Positions 24,792 through 35,500 of a DNA stretch of 46,440 bases are shown here, in pieces; position 1 is the first letter of the stretch, and every line of letters starts with the position of its first letter. Location: positions 1 to 46,440 of the forward strand of contig JAHIVK010000041.1 of the NCBI GenBank assembly GCA_018816385.1, read 5' to 3'. This DNA comes from Patescibacteria group bacterium. Lineage in GTDB: Bacteria; Patescibacteriota; Microgenomatia; UBA1400; PJMF01. The translations under genes were made by a program, and so were the position numbers. The notes under the pieces are model-generated. The model was not told the DNA's origin and searched no databases. It saw only the letters and a program-made list of their open reading frames with translations.

Positions 24792-26654
24792 GTGGGGACC
24801 GAACTGGACAGCGTTGAGGCGGCCTTGTCTGGAGCCTTTTTCACCCAGGATGAGCTCAAGTCTCTCAATCGAGATGATCCTTATCAGCGCCAGGGTTTTG
24901 CCATGGATGATACTCTCCAGAGCTTCACCGGCGGTGGCGGCTCTCACTCTTTTGATGACACTACCAAACCTCCTCAAATATCTTTTGATGAGGCCAATGA
25001 CCCCCAGCATTTACGCCCCATTCTAACTTACGAAGAAAAATCATTTGCCGGCTCCATCGCCAGCGTGATCGAAAAACCGGCTCGAATTTTAGGCGGCCAC
25101 TTAGGTTACTGGATGAGAATTATTCAGCTTAACCTGCATCAGCTAGTGTCAGTCCCTCGCCAATACCTGGCCACTTGCCACACCACCGAAGAGTTTTTAT
25201 TGGGCCGGTGTGGGGGAGAAGATGTGGCGCCCAAGTACATTAAAGACACCACACCCGTACTGGCCGAGATGGGCGAGTACTGCGGTAGCGCCAATGATTG
25301 GATTACCAACTACAGTAGCAACTATATTATCAAGAGAGGCAACACTCCCTTGGACGATGCCACCCAGGATGGTTACTTTGTGGATAGCCGCAGTCCCCTT
25401 AAGCTTGACGCCAGATCGTTCGTGGTTGATGGGGCCACTTTGGTGACTACCAACACCATTGTGGCTATGAATCCGGGCCAAGCCTCGGCCAATCGGTGCG
25501 GTGGCAGTGGATCGCAAGTTTTCCTTACATATCTGCCAGACGGGGCTTATAGTTCAACCCAACTCAATGACCGGGGCTTTTGGGAAACCAACGCCTCTGT
25601 CTTGGAGTATGTGGCGCCGGAAATCAAAGATACGGCCGTCAACCTGGCATTTTCCCTCAATGTCAAACCCGGTTACTACAAGTTTTTCCTCAATAATGCC
25701 GGTTGCTTCATGGGCACTATTGTGCAAGTCAAAGCTGATGGCACTTCATTTGACGACAGTGACAAGACCCATTACTTCCGATTAAACAGCAACCAAAGTT
25801 TGGGTCAAGCGCGTATCTGCAGTCAAATTGTGATGAACTCGAATATGCCAGGGGCGGAAGGATTAGCTGATAATGTCAGAGGCTGTCCGATTAATCCGCC
25901 TTATCAGTTAGATTTAAACTTGGCTTGTGGGGGATTGCATGGCGATAATCAGACTGTGCCAAAGGTGCCGGTAGATTGGGATGAAAAACTAGCTCTGCCC
26001 GGCCTGGCTACCTATCAGCAACTCTTTAACCGACCTTTTGTCCTGCCAACCGAAGAATACAGATGTCAAGACCTTTTTCCCAATGTGATTGCCGAAGTTG
26101 ACTGCAATCAATCTTTTACCAGAAACCCGATTGGGTGCAACGTCATCAGACGACAATGCCCAGTCAACGATCCAAATAAACCTCTCGACCCGGACGAGCC
26201 CAAATGTACCCAGTCCGACACCAATTTTTGCGCCGTCGAGTATTTACAGGAAAAGATCGAGGCCTATGCCGCTTCAAATAATCAGACTTTGTCTCCGGAG
26301 GAAGCTAACAAGAGGGCTAAAAACGCCTCGATGATTTGCCAAAAAGAAAGTCGGGGCAATTCAGGATTGCTCAACGATGGCTGTGTCCGGCGCGCCAGTC
26401 TGGACTACAGCGTGGGTCTGTTCCAAATTAACATGCTGGCGCATGACTGTAGTGACACTTTCCTCGATTACGGCACGGCCACCGACCCTTTCTGCACCCT
26501 CGATTCCAGTCCAGACGCCACTCAAAGGCGAGCGGCTTGTGTGACTCAACTGCAAGACCCAGACTACAACGCGCAAAAGATGCTGGAGCTCTCCGGTGGC
26601 GGCGTCAACTGGAACCCCTGGCTTAACGCTAAACGGCAGTGCGGAATTAATTAG
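24792..26654 (+). CDS. Lysozyme-like / lytic transglycosylase-domain protein (VirB1-like role); its N-terminus is a truncated paralogue of the 20866-24324 C-terminal region
   Basis: The C-terminus reads ICQKESRGNSGLLNDGC...DYSVGLFQINMLAHDC (catalytic Glu-Ser plus a GLxQIN lysozyme-fold signature). The N-terminal VEAALSGAFFTQDELKSL...LGYWMRIIQ...CHTTEEFLLGRCG parallels residues ~880-1010 of the 1152-aa protein. Similarity (LVYPVG vs LVYPEG) begins at 24780, upstream of the GTG start. No signal peptide. Confidence 0.6.
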   Translation: MGTELDSVEAALSGAFFTQDELKSLNRDDPYQRQGFAMDDTLQSFTGGGGSHSFDDTTKPPQISFDEANDPQHLRPILTYEEKSFAGSIASVIEKPARILGGHLGYWMRIIQLNLHQLVSVPRQYLATCHTTEEFLLGRCGGEDVAPKYIKDTTPVLAEMGEYCGSANDWITNYSSNYIIKRGNTPLDDATQDGYFVDSRSPLKLDARSFVVDGATLVTTNTIVAMNPGQASANRCGGSGSQVFLTYLPDGAYSSTQLNDRGFWETNASVLEYVAPEIKDTAVNLAFSLNVKPGYYKFFLNNAGCFMGTIVQVKADGTSFDDSDKTHYFRLNSNQSLGQARICSQIVMNSNMPGAEGLADNVRGCPINPPYQLDLNLACGGLHGDNQTVPKVPVDWDEKLALPGLATYQQLFNRPFVLPTEEYRCQDLFPNVIAEVDCNQSFTRNPIGCNVIRRQCPVNDPNKPLDPDEPKCTQSDTNFCAVEYLQEKIEAYAASNNQTLSPEEANKRAKNASMICQKESRGNSGLLNDGCVRRASLDYSVGLFQINMLAHDCSDTFLDYGTATDPFCTLDSSPDATQRRAACVTQLQDPDYNAQKMLELSGGGVNWNPWLNAKRQCGIN

Positions 26655-26945
26655 TCGGTAAACTTGATATATTTATGAAACTTAATAAATTGGCAATTTG
26701 CTCAGGCGTTCACTCCATCAATAAACTCAAAAAGGCGCGCTTTGTTGAGACGTTCGCTCCAGATACGTTTTGGCTCAAAGACTGTGAGCTCACTCAATTC
26801 GTTCAACTCCAAACTAATAGCTGAACTTAGTTTTGATATGTTGAACTCATATGCTCTACAAATCGCGCTTTTTTCGTTTATCTATAGTACTCGCAAAACA
26901 AGTTTAGTGAATCGGTAACGACTTGGTAGAGCGTGGAAGAGGCGT

Positions 26946-27992
26946 TTAGCGAAACTTCCGACCACCCATGAGGCTGGTGGGACTCTTGTCTTTGCTCGGT
27001 TTTTTGACCTTAGCTTGACCGAGTTCCAAGTCGCCACTCAACTCTGATTTAATTGGGGTTAATTTGCCCATCACCAAAGGCGCGGTTTTATTAGGCACGG
27101 TTTCACCGATTGGCTGGCTCAAACTGCCACTCAAATTGCCGTTTGAGGTGCCAAGTCGGGCTTGAGGTTTCACCACCCGGCGAGCCCCTTTCTTGAGCAG
27201 GTCGGCCACCACGGCAAAAGTCTCGGCATTAGTGGTGCGTGATTGAAAACAGTTGGTGGCTTGTTCAATGCCAGCCAGCAAATTGGTGGCAACATCAGAA
27301 GAAGTGTCCAAACCCAAATGAGACAGCAACTCGTAAACAGCTTCGGCCGTACTGGAAAAAGTGCTGGTATCAATCTTGACCGTGCCAAAATCAGTTTCAA
27401 AAACATGGAAAGACACCAAGGGCGTGTTGCGATACAGCTCTTCGTAACCAAAATAAAGTTGGTTTAACTTATCCAGCTCGCTCACCCCAAATAAAATTAG
27501 CAGATCTGCTTCTGCTCCTGTCAAAGAGTACTCAACTGTTTTGGGATCAAGCGGCTCGACGCCAACCTTGGGTTTGACAGTCAAATAAAACTTGCCCGCC
27601 TCTTCACCAATGTGGTAACTAATTTTGTCGACTTTTTCTTCTGAATATTCAAAACTGATAGTCAAGCTCTGATGTCCCAGCTCCTGACTCATCATGTCCA
27701 AACCAGTTAACTGGGGTGTATCAAGTCTTGGTTTGGGTGAAGCTAAGCGAATTTGTTTGTGGTGATTGGAGTCGGCCACTGGTTTTTCCTGGGCATCACT
27801 CCCAGACTCCAAACCGGGATTGGCGGTTAGTTGATCGTTTTCCCTGCGAGTAGCACTCAAGACTTGAGCCAAAGCTAAACCAGCGGCTGACTGATCAAAA
27901 CTAGCCTCAACTCCTATGACAATAATGATGTTTTGGGCCGATACGATCAAATTTTTTAGGTGGTTTAATTGGCTGTCATCTATCATCATCAA
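26946..27992 (-). CDS. Degenerate DHH/NrnA-like protein (catalytic motifs not evident) with a low-complexity basic tail
   Basis: NIIIVIGVEASFDQSAAGLALAQVL sits where NrnA has HxxPDGDAxGS. LLAGIEQATNCFQSRTTNAETFAVVADLLKKGA resembles the NrnA LYTGIxTDTGxFRxSNTTPxTxxxAAxLLExGA segment. Confidence 0.35.
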   Translation of the reverse strand: MMMIDDSQLNHLKNLIVSAQNIIIVIGVEASFDQSAAGLALAQVLSATRRENDQLTANPGLESGSDAQEKPVADSNHHKQIRLASPKPRLDTPQLTGLDMMSQELGHQSLTISFEYSEEKVDKISYHIGEEAGKFYLTVKPKVGVEPLDPKTVEYSLTGAEADLLILFGVSELDKLNQLYFGYEELYRNTPLVSFHVFETDFGTVKIDTSTFSSTAEAVYELLSHLGLDTSSDVATNLLAGIEQATNCFQSRTTNAETFAVVADLLKKGARRVVKPQARLGTSNGNLSGSLSQPIGETVPNKTAPLVMGKLTPIKSELSGDLELGQAKVKKPSKDKSPTSLMGGRKFR

Positions 27993-28112
27993 TAACCATC
28001 ATACTATAATTTCCAGTAACAAAAATAGGCAAATAAGCTCGATAAATGGTAACAAATATCATTAAAGATTCTAGTGCGAAGTTGCACCAAGCCTGCTACA
28101 ATACCAAATTAG

Positions 28113-29876
28113 ATGAAACGATTATTAACCATTTCGTTAATTTTTTTGGTTGGTTTTGTTGTCACCATGCAACTGGCTAATTGGTCACCGGTTTTGGCTC
28201 AAACAGCTCCCTCGCCTCCCTTACCTCCTGGCGCCTTGCCCGATGATACGGCCGATGTTTATGGCTTTAAGTTCACCGAAGAAGAACAGGCCTCTTATTT
28301 TGACGCCGTCCAAAATTGTGACACACCATCACTCGAGTGTTTGGTGCATCATGTGACTCGCTTTTCTGCCATGGAGTGGATTTACAATATTTTGGGCACT
28401 GAACATCGAACATCTTTGGGAGCTGATGCTGGCTCTACTGGCACTCCCCAAGTCGCCCAAGCAGGCGGAGGCATTATTGGGGGCTTAGGATATTTAATGG
28501 GTGTCATGTACGCCAATCCCGTGGCCAGTTCCACAACTTATGTGGCTGATGTGTTAAATTCAGCTCATATTGCCACCCCCGCTTACGCTCAAGGCTTAGG
28601 TTTTGCTTCTTTAGACCCCATTTTGCCTCTCTGGAAAAACTTTAGGAATCTAGCTTATTTATTCTTTGTGGTGATTTTTATTGTCATCGGCTTCATGATT
28701 ATGTTTAGATCAAAAATTGGCGGTCAAACTGCAGTTACAGCTCAACAGGCTATTCCTCAAGTGGTTATCTCACTGTTGTTTGTAACCTTTAGCTATGCAG
28801 TGGCTGGTTTACTGATTGATGCTATGTATATTGTGATGATTTTGCTACTTGGTATTTTTGGTGAAACGTTTGGAGAAGGCAATTCCAACATCTTAAGTTA
28901 TAACATCCTAAACTTGTTTGGTGTGCTCTGGAAAGCTGGACCAGCCAATATAGGTCGAAACATGGACATTGCCGGTACATTCCTTGAGGGATTTGCTGGT
29001 GATACCGGAGCTGTGGGTACGGTTTTGGGCTTCCTAACTGGTTTAATGTTAACTTTGCTTTTGGCAGTAGCGGTTTTAATTGGCTCAGTCCGACTCTTTT
29101 TTGAACTGCTCAAGTCCTATGCATCAATCGTTCTAAGTGTGGTGACTTCACCCATTATTCTGATGACGGGAGCTATTCCAGGCAAAAATGTGTTTGTGCC
29201 TTGGGTTAAAGACTTAATTGGCAACTTACTACCCTTCCCTACAGTCTTGCTGGTGGTAATTATGTTTTATCAATTCACCGCTATGGGCTCTAGAACCCAG
29301 GGTGGTTTTAACCCACCATTTTTACTCAACAATTCGGACACCGGAGCCTTAAGTGCCTTGATGGGTTTAGCCATCATTCTGTCTCTGCCGGATATTGTGA
29401 AAAAAATCAAAGAGCCATTAGTCAATAAGGATGGATTGGGTCTATGGTTAGCCAGTACTGCTGGTAAAAATCTTGGTCGTAGCGCTGATTATGGCTTACC
29501 TTTTGCCACATCTATTGGGGGCACAGTTGGAAGTGGCGCACTTGGTGCCGGAGCCCACTTACTTAATCGACAGGAACCGAAAACTTGGAGAAGCATCAAG
29601 GATGCTGCTCTCAGAGGATCTGCTGTCAAGGACAGAGAGGGTAATATTTTAAGTTACAGAGGTGGCGCATTAAGCCAAGGAGATGATAGAAGTAAGGGTG
29701 GACTATCTCGTGGCTGGCAAACTGGGCAAAATATGCGAAAAACTATTGATGATATTCGAGATGGCAGACTCTTTCAACCTGATAATACAAGAAGGCTATT
29801 GGAGAGAATTGCTGGAGGTAAAGAGAAAGATGAAACACCTTCACCAGGTTCCGGCAATCCACCAGCCTCATCTTAG
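28113..29876 (+). CDS. VirB6/TrbL-like polytopic membrane protein of the T4SS-like apparatus
   Basis: A signal peptide is followed by about 7-8 hydrophobic helices across 587 aa and a hydrophilic C-terminal tail. The call rests on size, topology and context within a VirB4/PrgI/pilin cluster. Confidence 0.5.
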   Translation: MKRLLTISLIFLVGFVVTMQLANWSPVLAQTAPSPPLPPGALPDDTADVYGFKFTEEEQASYFDAVQNCDTPSLECLVHHVTRFSAMEWIYNILGTEHRTSLGADAGSTGTPQVAQAGGGIIGGLGYLMGVMYANPVASSTTYVADVLNSAHIATPAYAQGLGFASLDPILPLWKNFRNLAYLFFVVIFIVIGFMIMFRSKIGGQTAVTAQQAIPQVVISLLFVTFSYAVAGLLIDAMYIVMILLLGIFGETFGEGNSNILSYNILNLFGVLWKAGPANIGRNMDIAGTFLEGFAGDTGAVGTVLGFLTGLMLTLLLAVAVLIGSVRLFFELLKSYASIVLSVVTSPIILMTGAIPGKNVFVPWVKDLIGNLLPFPTVLLVVIMFYQFTAMGSRTQGGFNPPFLLNNSDTGALSALMGLAIILSLPDIVKKIKEPLVNKDGLGLWLASTAGKNLGRSADYGLPFATSIGGTVGSGALGAGAHLLNRQEPKTWRSIKDAALRGSAVKDREGNILSYRGGALSQGDDRSKGGLSRGWQTGQNMRKTIDDIRDGRLFQPDNTRRLLERIAGGKEKDETPSPGSGNPPASS

Positions 29877-32443
29877 TGGCTGTCCTTGCCTCCCTGTTCA
29901 TCAATTCGTACCATTGATTTCACCCTGCTAACTCCAGGGTCAGGAATTGCCACTAAACCGTCTACAATCTTTCTGTATTTTTTATATTCTTCTTGCGTTT
30001 GCCCAGCTGGTAACAAATGAGATATGACTGGAGCCGGAATGCTCATTTTCTTTTCCTTATAAATACAATCTGCATATATTTTTCTATTACCTCTTCTTAA
30101 ATATTTAGGATCTTTGAAACAATCGCCCATTCTCGTTCCATTTGTACCATTGGAAATAGCTCTGATAGCTCCATCAATTTGGTCTGTAAACGATTCTAAG
30201 CCTCCTCCCGACTTATATGTACCTCTTAGTCTCTCAACTATCTCCTTATGAATGTAGGTCTTTCTTTGTTCACTTACGGCCAAGCGAGCGATAACTCTAA
30301 GTAAAAACCAAGTCAAAAGAGGTTGGAGTGCTTTCTGATGATTTCCTGGAAACAACTTCATTCTATCGGGTCCACCTTTAACAAAGGTATCAAGCAATCC
30401 CATTTCTTTGCCATCATCGCCTTTGGCATAGCTTTCAAACAACATTTCTTCTGTAATTTTTTGAGGCAAATCACCCAAAACTAACAACAACATGTCTTTC
30501 CATGCCGAAAGAGCTAACTGATAATTGTCAGTTGTCCAAACTGACTTAATTTCATCACCATCACCAGGATCGGTTTCAGGACCTCTGTATTTTCCCCTTG
30601 TGGTCACAGTTCCCAATTCTTGATACTCTCCTGCTCGGTTAAATCCCCAAACCTCATTGCCAAAAACCAGCATTTCTCCTTTTTGTAAAGTTAAAAAGCC
30701 GAACGTATCTGGGAAAGTTGGTTCCAAAATTGATGAAGGGGGAATACCATTTGCCTCACCACTAAACGAATCGGTAGGATAATAACACTCTTGCTGAAGT
30801 TTGAGTTTATCTCGAATTTTTTCCAGTTGTTTATGATATTCTGGTTGCCCATTTCTACCATAATTTCTTGGAACTTCTGATTGAACAACTAGCCACCATG
30901 CAGACCAATCACTTAAAATATTATACCTCTGTATTCTGTGAACCGTAGCAGCATCAGGACGTGAAAGCCAAATCCAATCATCTTCTTTGACTGTCGTGCC
31001 GTGGATGCGAGTTGTCGTTTGGGTTTGTCGTTCAGCCAATGACACCGAAAGCAAATCAAAGAGTAAGAAAAGGTTGAGGGTTAATTTTAGTATCCGATCA
31101 ATTTTCTTGCCTCTTTCATCTTCATTGAGATCTTGATACAAATTTAACATCATTGTATTTCTATAGTGATCACTAATATAATTATCTATTAATGAGCGAC
31201 CCTCGCCAGAACCACAAAGATATTCATAATTTTTTCTGTCGTATTTTGAAAATTCCCTATTTTTTTTGTCTGCAACTTTTTCTATGATTTCTTGTAAAAT
31301 TTTTCTAACGTATTCACCATAGATCGGATGAAAAGTTGTGACCTGAAGCAATTGCTCTCTTTCAAGTTTTCGATGACTCCTGCCTTCTTTTCCGGTCAGT
31401 TCTGGAAAAAGCTTGCTGTGAACACAGCTTGGAACTTGACCCTCTTCTTCGTTGATTTCTTTCGCCCAATGAACCTGAGCGTATACCCACCATTCCAATT
31501 TGTACTGCCTCACCTCAGAAGTGTCTCTTGAATTGACACCAAATCTGTTATGAAACTCTGTCCAAAGATCTCTACGATACTGAGATCCGCCTGGATCAAC
31601 GTAAACAGTACTAGTAGCTGCGGGATCTACTCCCTGCCTCATCATTTCTTCAACCAAATCTTCATCAGAAAGATCGTCTATGTTTCTCTCTGCATTGCGA
31701 TTTATATCTGGTGGCGGCGCTATTGGCGGAGCTTGAGGAGGCTGAGGAATCTGTGGAGCCTGAAGTCTAGCTCTTAGAGCTCTAATTATTACTAGTATTC
31801 TATCTCTAGTTGTAGCATCCAGGGTTTGAAATTCAGCTCTTCTTTGACGAACTAATTGTTCTAGTTCATCTTTAGCTGATTCTGGACTAAAAAAACCACT
31901 GTCAAGACTGATTCTAATATTTTCAAGTTCTTGTTCAAAATCTGGACCAGTGGGAGGTTCGGCTTCCACAGGTGGCGCAGGTGGCTCGGGTGGTGGAGGA
32001 GGTCCGCCACCGGTTGGATCTGGCGAGTTTACAACGGGTGGGGCTACTATATCTGGTGGCGGAGGTGTGTTTCCTGAACCAGCGCCCGTCTTGCTTTTAA
32101 TTTCTCGATTAACTCTGTCCACAGTATTCTGCACAGCTACTCTTAATCTAGTTACGTCGTTACCCGTTGTTACGCTCAACGAAGTCAACATTTCAAGATC
32201 TAAAGTAATATTTAAAATTTTATCTTCAATATCGTCTAAATAGTCTTGAGGTAATTCACCCACATGAGCTTTGATATAAGGAATAACCTTGTTTATAAAC
32301 TCACCCATGACAGTAGATATTTTTGGAATTAAAGCAATAATTTCTCGATTAGCTGCACTTCTATCGTCAGCGCTTGGCTCTCTACCTCCTGTTGAAGATG
32401 GCGGAGTGGCATCGGGTTGACCTGACGGATTTCTTTCACTCAT
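29873..32443 (-). CDS. Large cytoplasmic orphan protein with Pro-rich linkers; the only long opposite-strand gene inside the T4SS-like block
   Basis: 856 aa with no signal peptide or TM. It has PPPPPEPPAPP and PQIPQPPQAPPIAPPP tracts. I recognise no catalytic motif. Most of the gene is visibly more AT-rich than its neighbours. The 3' end overlaps the VirB6-like gene by 4 nt (convergent). Confidence 0.6.
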   Translation of the reverse strand: MSERNPSGQPDATPPSSTGGREPSADDRSAANREIIALIPKISTVMGEFINKVIPYIKAHVGELPQDYLDDIEDKILNITLDLEMLTSLSVTTGNDVTRLRVAVQNTVDRVNREIKSKTGAGSGNTPPPPDIVAPPVVNSPDPTGGGPPPPPEPPAPPVEAEPPTGPDFEQELENIRISLDSGFFSPESAKDELEQLVRQRRAEFQTLDATTRDRILVIIRALRARLQAPQIPQPPQAPPIAPPPDINRNAERNIDDLSDEDLVEEMMRQGVDPAATSTVYVDPGGSQYRRDLWTEFHNRFGVNSRDTSEVRQYKLEWWVYAQVHWAKEINEEEGQVPSCVHSKLFPELTGKEGRSHRKLEREQLLQVTTFHPIYGEYVRKILQEIIEKVADKKNREFSKYDRKNYEYLCGSGEGRSLIDNYISDHYRNTMMLNLYQDLNEDERGKKIDRILKLTLNLFLLFDLLSVSLAERQTQTTTRIHGTTVKEDDWIWLSRPDAATVHRIQRYNILSDWSAWWLVVQSEVPRNYGRNGQPEYHKQLEKIRDKLKLQQECYYPTDSFSGEANGIPPSSILEPTFPDTFGFLTLQKGEMLVFGNEVWGFNRAGEYQELGTVTTRGKYRGPETDPGDGDEIKSVWTTDNYQLALSAWKDMLLLVLGDLPQKITEEMLFESYAKGDDGKEMGLLDTFVKGGPDRMKLFPGNHQKALQPLLTWFLLRVIARLAVSEQRKTYIHKEIVERLRGTYKSGGGLESFTDQIDGAIRAISNGTNGTRMGDCFKDPKYLRRGNRKIYADCIYKEKKMSIPAPVISHLLPAGQTQEEYKKYRKIVDGLVAIPDPGVSRVKSMVRIDEQGGKDSH

Positions 32444-32512
32444 AAGTCAGTGCAAATTATATCACCCTGATCTGAATCCGCATAGAATTGCTTCAAAAAT
32501 TTAGACTAATTT

Positions 32513-35500
32513 TTGGCTGGTCTTCCCGCTATAATAAGAGTTGTGGCAAATGATTATTTCCAACCTCCAGATGGGTCGGACGATTCTGGCGTGCAGACGG
32601 CGGGCGGTCCGCCCGCTTTTGGTTTAGGCGATCAAGCCTCGACTACAGACGGTGGTCCATCTCCCTTGCCCACAACCGTTCAAGAGCCACCGGTCATGGG
32701 TGAGCAAAACCCAGATCCAAGTGGCAATCCACCCAAATTTATTGGAGCCAACCTTTCTCAAATCAAAGACATCAAGCAACTCAATCTCCAAGATTTTAAT
32801 GCCGATCAGCTGGGGGAATTTTTGCTGACAGTTGACCACATCTTTGATCCCAAGTTAGGTTTAAGACACGACCAAACTGCCATTTTTAAAACCATTAGAC
32901 AGGGTCAAAAATCATTTTTGATTTTTGACCCCAAAAACCCCCAACCAGCCCAAAAAAATCGGGATAGTTATTTATTCCCCAGCGACTTAGCTAGATTTCT
33001 AATTCAAACAGCAGAGAAAACCCAACTCCTAGTTTTGGCTATTGAAGCACCCAATCCCCCAACCGGCTTAACTCAATATCAAACCCAAAACTGGCAGTAC
33101 TACGTCCGTCAGTGGGGTCATACTTTAGAAGTCAAACAAGAGTCTGATGATGATGTAGTTGATGAGCTGAGTCTTCTATCTTCAGTTTCTTTGAGCCAAC
33201 AAGAAACTTTAATCAATTTACTCAATCAGGCATACAGCTTTATTCAAGGTCGGCAGGCCGAGGTCAAAGCTGGCAAAACTGGAGATGCAGAAATTGTCAT
33301 TAAAAAACCCACTTCCGACGCCATTATTGGCGGTGGTAAAACCAGCCATGGTCCGGGCAAACCTGCATCAGAAGAAACGGGTGAAGCTGGTGCAGAAACT
33401 CAAACTCAAGACACTACTCCCGCCAGCGAGACTGTAAAAACCGCGGATGCCACGGTCAAACGCCAACTGACAAAAGTTGTGTCTTATGAAACCGCCTGGG
33501 TCTACAATCGCCTGCTGTTTGAACTTTTTACCAAGCAGGGTATTGATCCGGATCAAGTTGACCCTTTGCTACTCAGTGGGCTGTATCGGTCTGCCAGCCA
33601 TGAGTTGTGGAAGCAAACTCCCTCTGAACTAGCCCGACTCTTTGCCAGTCCTAGCGCTAGACAAGTCGCACTGCAGTTGGTCTATGAAGCCATTGCTCAG
33701 GATCCTAAATTGACGTCGCTGATTTACTTCACATATACTCAATTTAAAGCTAATCAGACCTTGAATTTGGATGTTGATCTGGATGATTTTGAGGCTGATG
33801 TACCTGTCAACTTTGACCAACAGCTTGAAGACGAGCTCCTGAATGCTGAAGATTCACCAGACAAAGTATTTGAAGTCCAGTTGGATGAACTACTCAGACA
33901 AGTTGGCGGTGTTTCGGACAATTTATCTCCCGATGTTAATCCCCTAATTATCAATGCCAAAGATCAAGTCGAATTTCTGTTGAGAACCTTTGGTGTCAGC
34001 CCTAAAGACTTAGTTCCAGACCGAGTTTTTAAACCAGATGTAGCAGTAGAGGCAGTCGAGTTAACCAGAGCCTTAGCCGTGATTGATAGTTTAAGCATTA
34101 GACAGCTTTGGCAAACTATCTTCCCCCAGCTGGACGTTAAAAAAATTGCTGGCGTTGATATAGAGCGCAAAAGACTAGAAATAGACGCCCGGTTTGCTCC
34201 GTTTAAAATCAAGCTCCAAGCTTTGATTAAAAGTTATTTAAAAGTCAGAGCCTCAGAGTTGAGTCTGGAAAACCAAACCTGGCAAGCCGATCAAGTTCCA
34301 GTTCCAGAAGAAGTGGCGGAAGAGGTGGTTAAAGAAGCCGAAGCCCAACCCAAGCTGCCCCCCCACACCTTGGGTCAACTAAATTTTATCTCTTTGAGTT
34401 CCAACTCCAGAGCTCAAGAGGAAGAAGATGAAATAAACTCCAAGCGTAGTCCTAGACTGAGCAGAAGAGGTGGAGAGAAAGATGCAGAGGAAGACACCGG
34501 GGGTCGTCAAAAAAGAAGCGGTCACGGTTTTGATATTAATCACAAAAAATTAGCTGGTTACATTGCTCAATATCAAAGAGCTTGGGAGTTTTTACCCTTT
34601 TATGTCAAGCTGGTGGCTTATGAAAAATCTGGACTGTTAGATACCACGCCACTGCCCAAAAGCTACACTAAGGAAAAATTGCTGGAGCTAACTGCTCCTC
34701 AACTGGATGAATTAATCCGTCAGCAGGGTGATTTTTTAGTCTTTCATGAAGCCGTCTTCTTTAGGGCTCCGCTGGAAGGTGTGATGGCGGAGGCCAGGAA
34801 ACTTTCTAGACGAAACAGGGATGACAAAGGGGTACGCGAGGATGACATAGTTAGCCCTCAAGCCCAAACAGCCATCAGAGAGGCAGAAATAGCTCGGGGA
34901 GATTTTGTGTTGGCCATGGCCAAAGAGCAAGAATTTGAAGCGGAAAGACAGGCCAGAGTTCAGACCTATATCAAACAACTGGGCGCTCAAAGACGGGCGC
35001 AAATTCTGGCAGTGGCCAAAGCTCAAGTTGTGGCTCAAATTCAAGAGCAACAAGCGACCATTCAAGCTCACCGAGTGGCTTTGATGATATATCTGGCTGA
35101 AACCGGTCAACAACTGGCCGAAATCGAAGCCATGGAGTTTGAAGCTCAATATCAAGAACTGGTGAGTCAACAACAAGCCACGGACGGGGCAGAGTTAGGT
35201 GACCTTTCCATTAATGACATTGTGTCTGCTGATGCGGGTTTAGACGCCAGTCAAGGTTCTCAAAAACTATCTTTGGGTGAACGCCTGCGCAGAAAAGGGG
35301 CTGGTTCAGCCAATGCTAGAGCTCAAAAAATGATGGCGCAAGTAGCCCAAAAAAAGATGGGTGAGGAAGTGGCGCTCAAAATGCTGTCTCAAGCTGGCTG
35401 GCAAGGCAAGGCGGCAGCTTTCGCCATTAAGCATCGCAAAAAAATTGCGACTATTTGGGGCGGAACCATTGGTGGTTTGACCGCCTTCATTCTTGGCCAG

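Noticed and set aside
26675-26824. 49-codon ORF (MKLNKLAICSGVHSINKLKKARFVETF...) in the 290-bp gap between the lysozyme-like gene and the NrnA-like gene
   Set aside because: It has no SD or cassette, no recognisable motif and no paralogue in the window, so it cannot be distinguished from chance. The gap also showed no convincing tRNA or sRNA structure.
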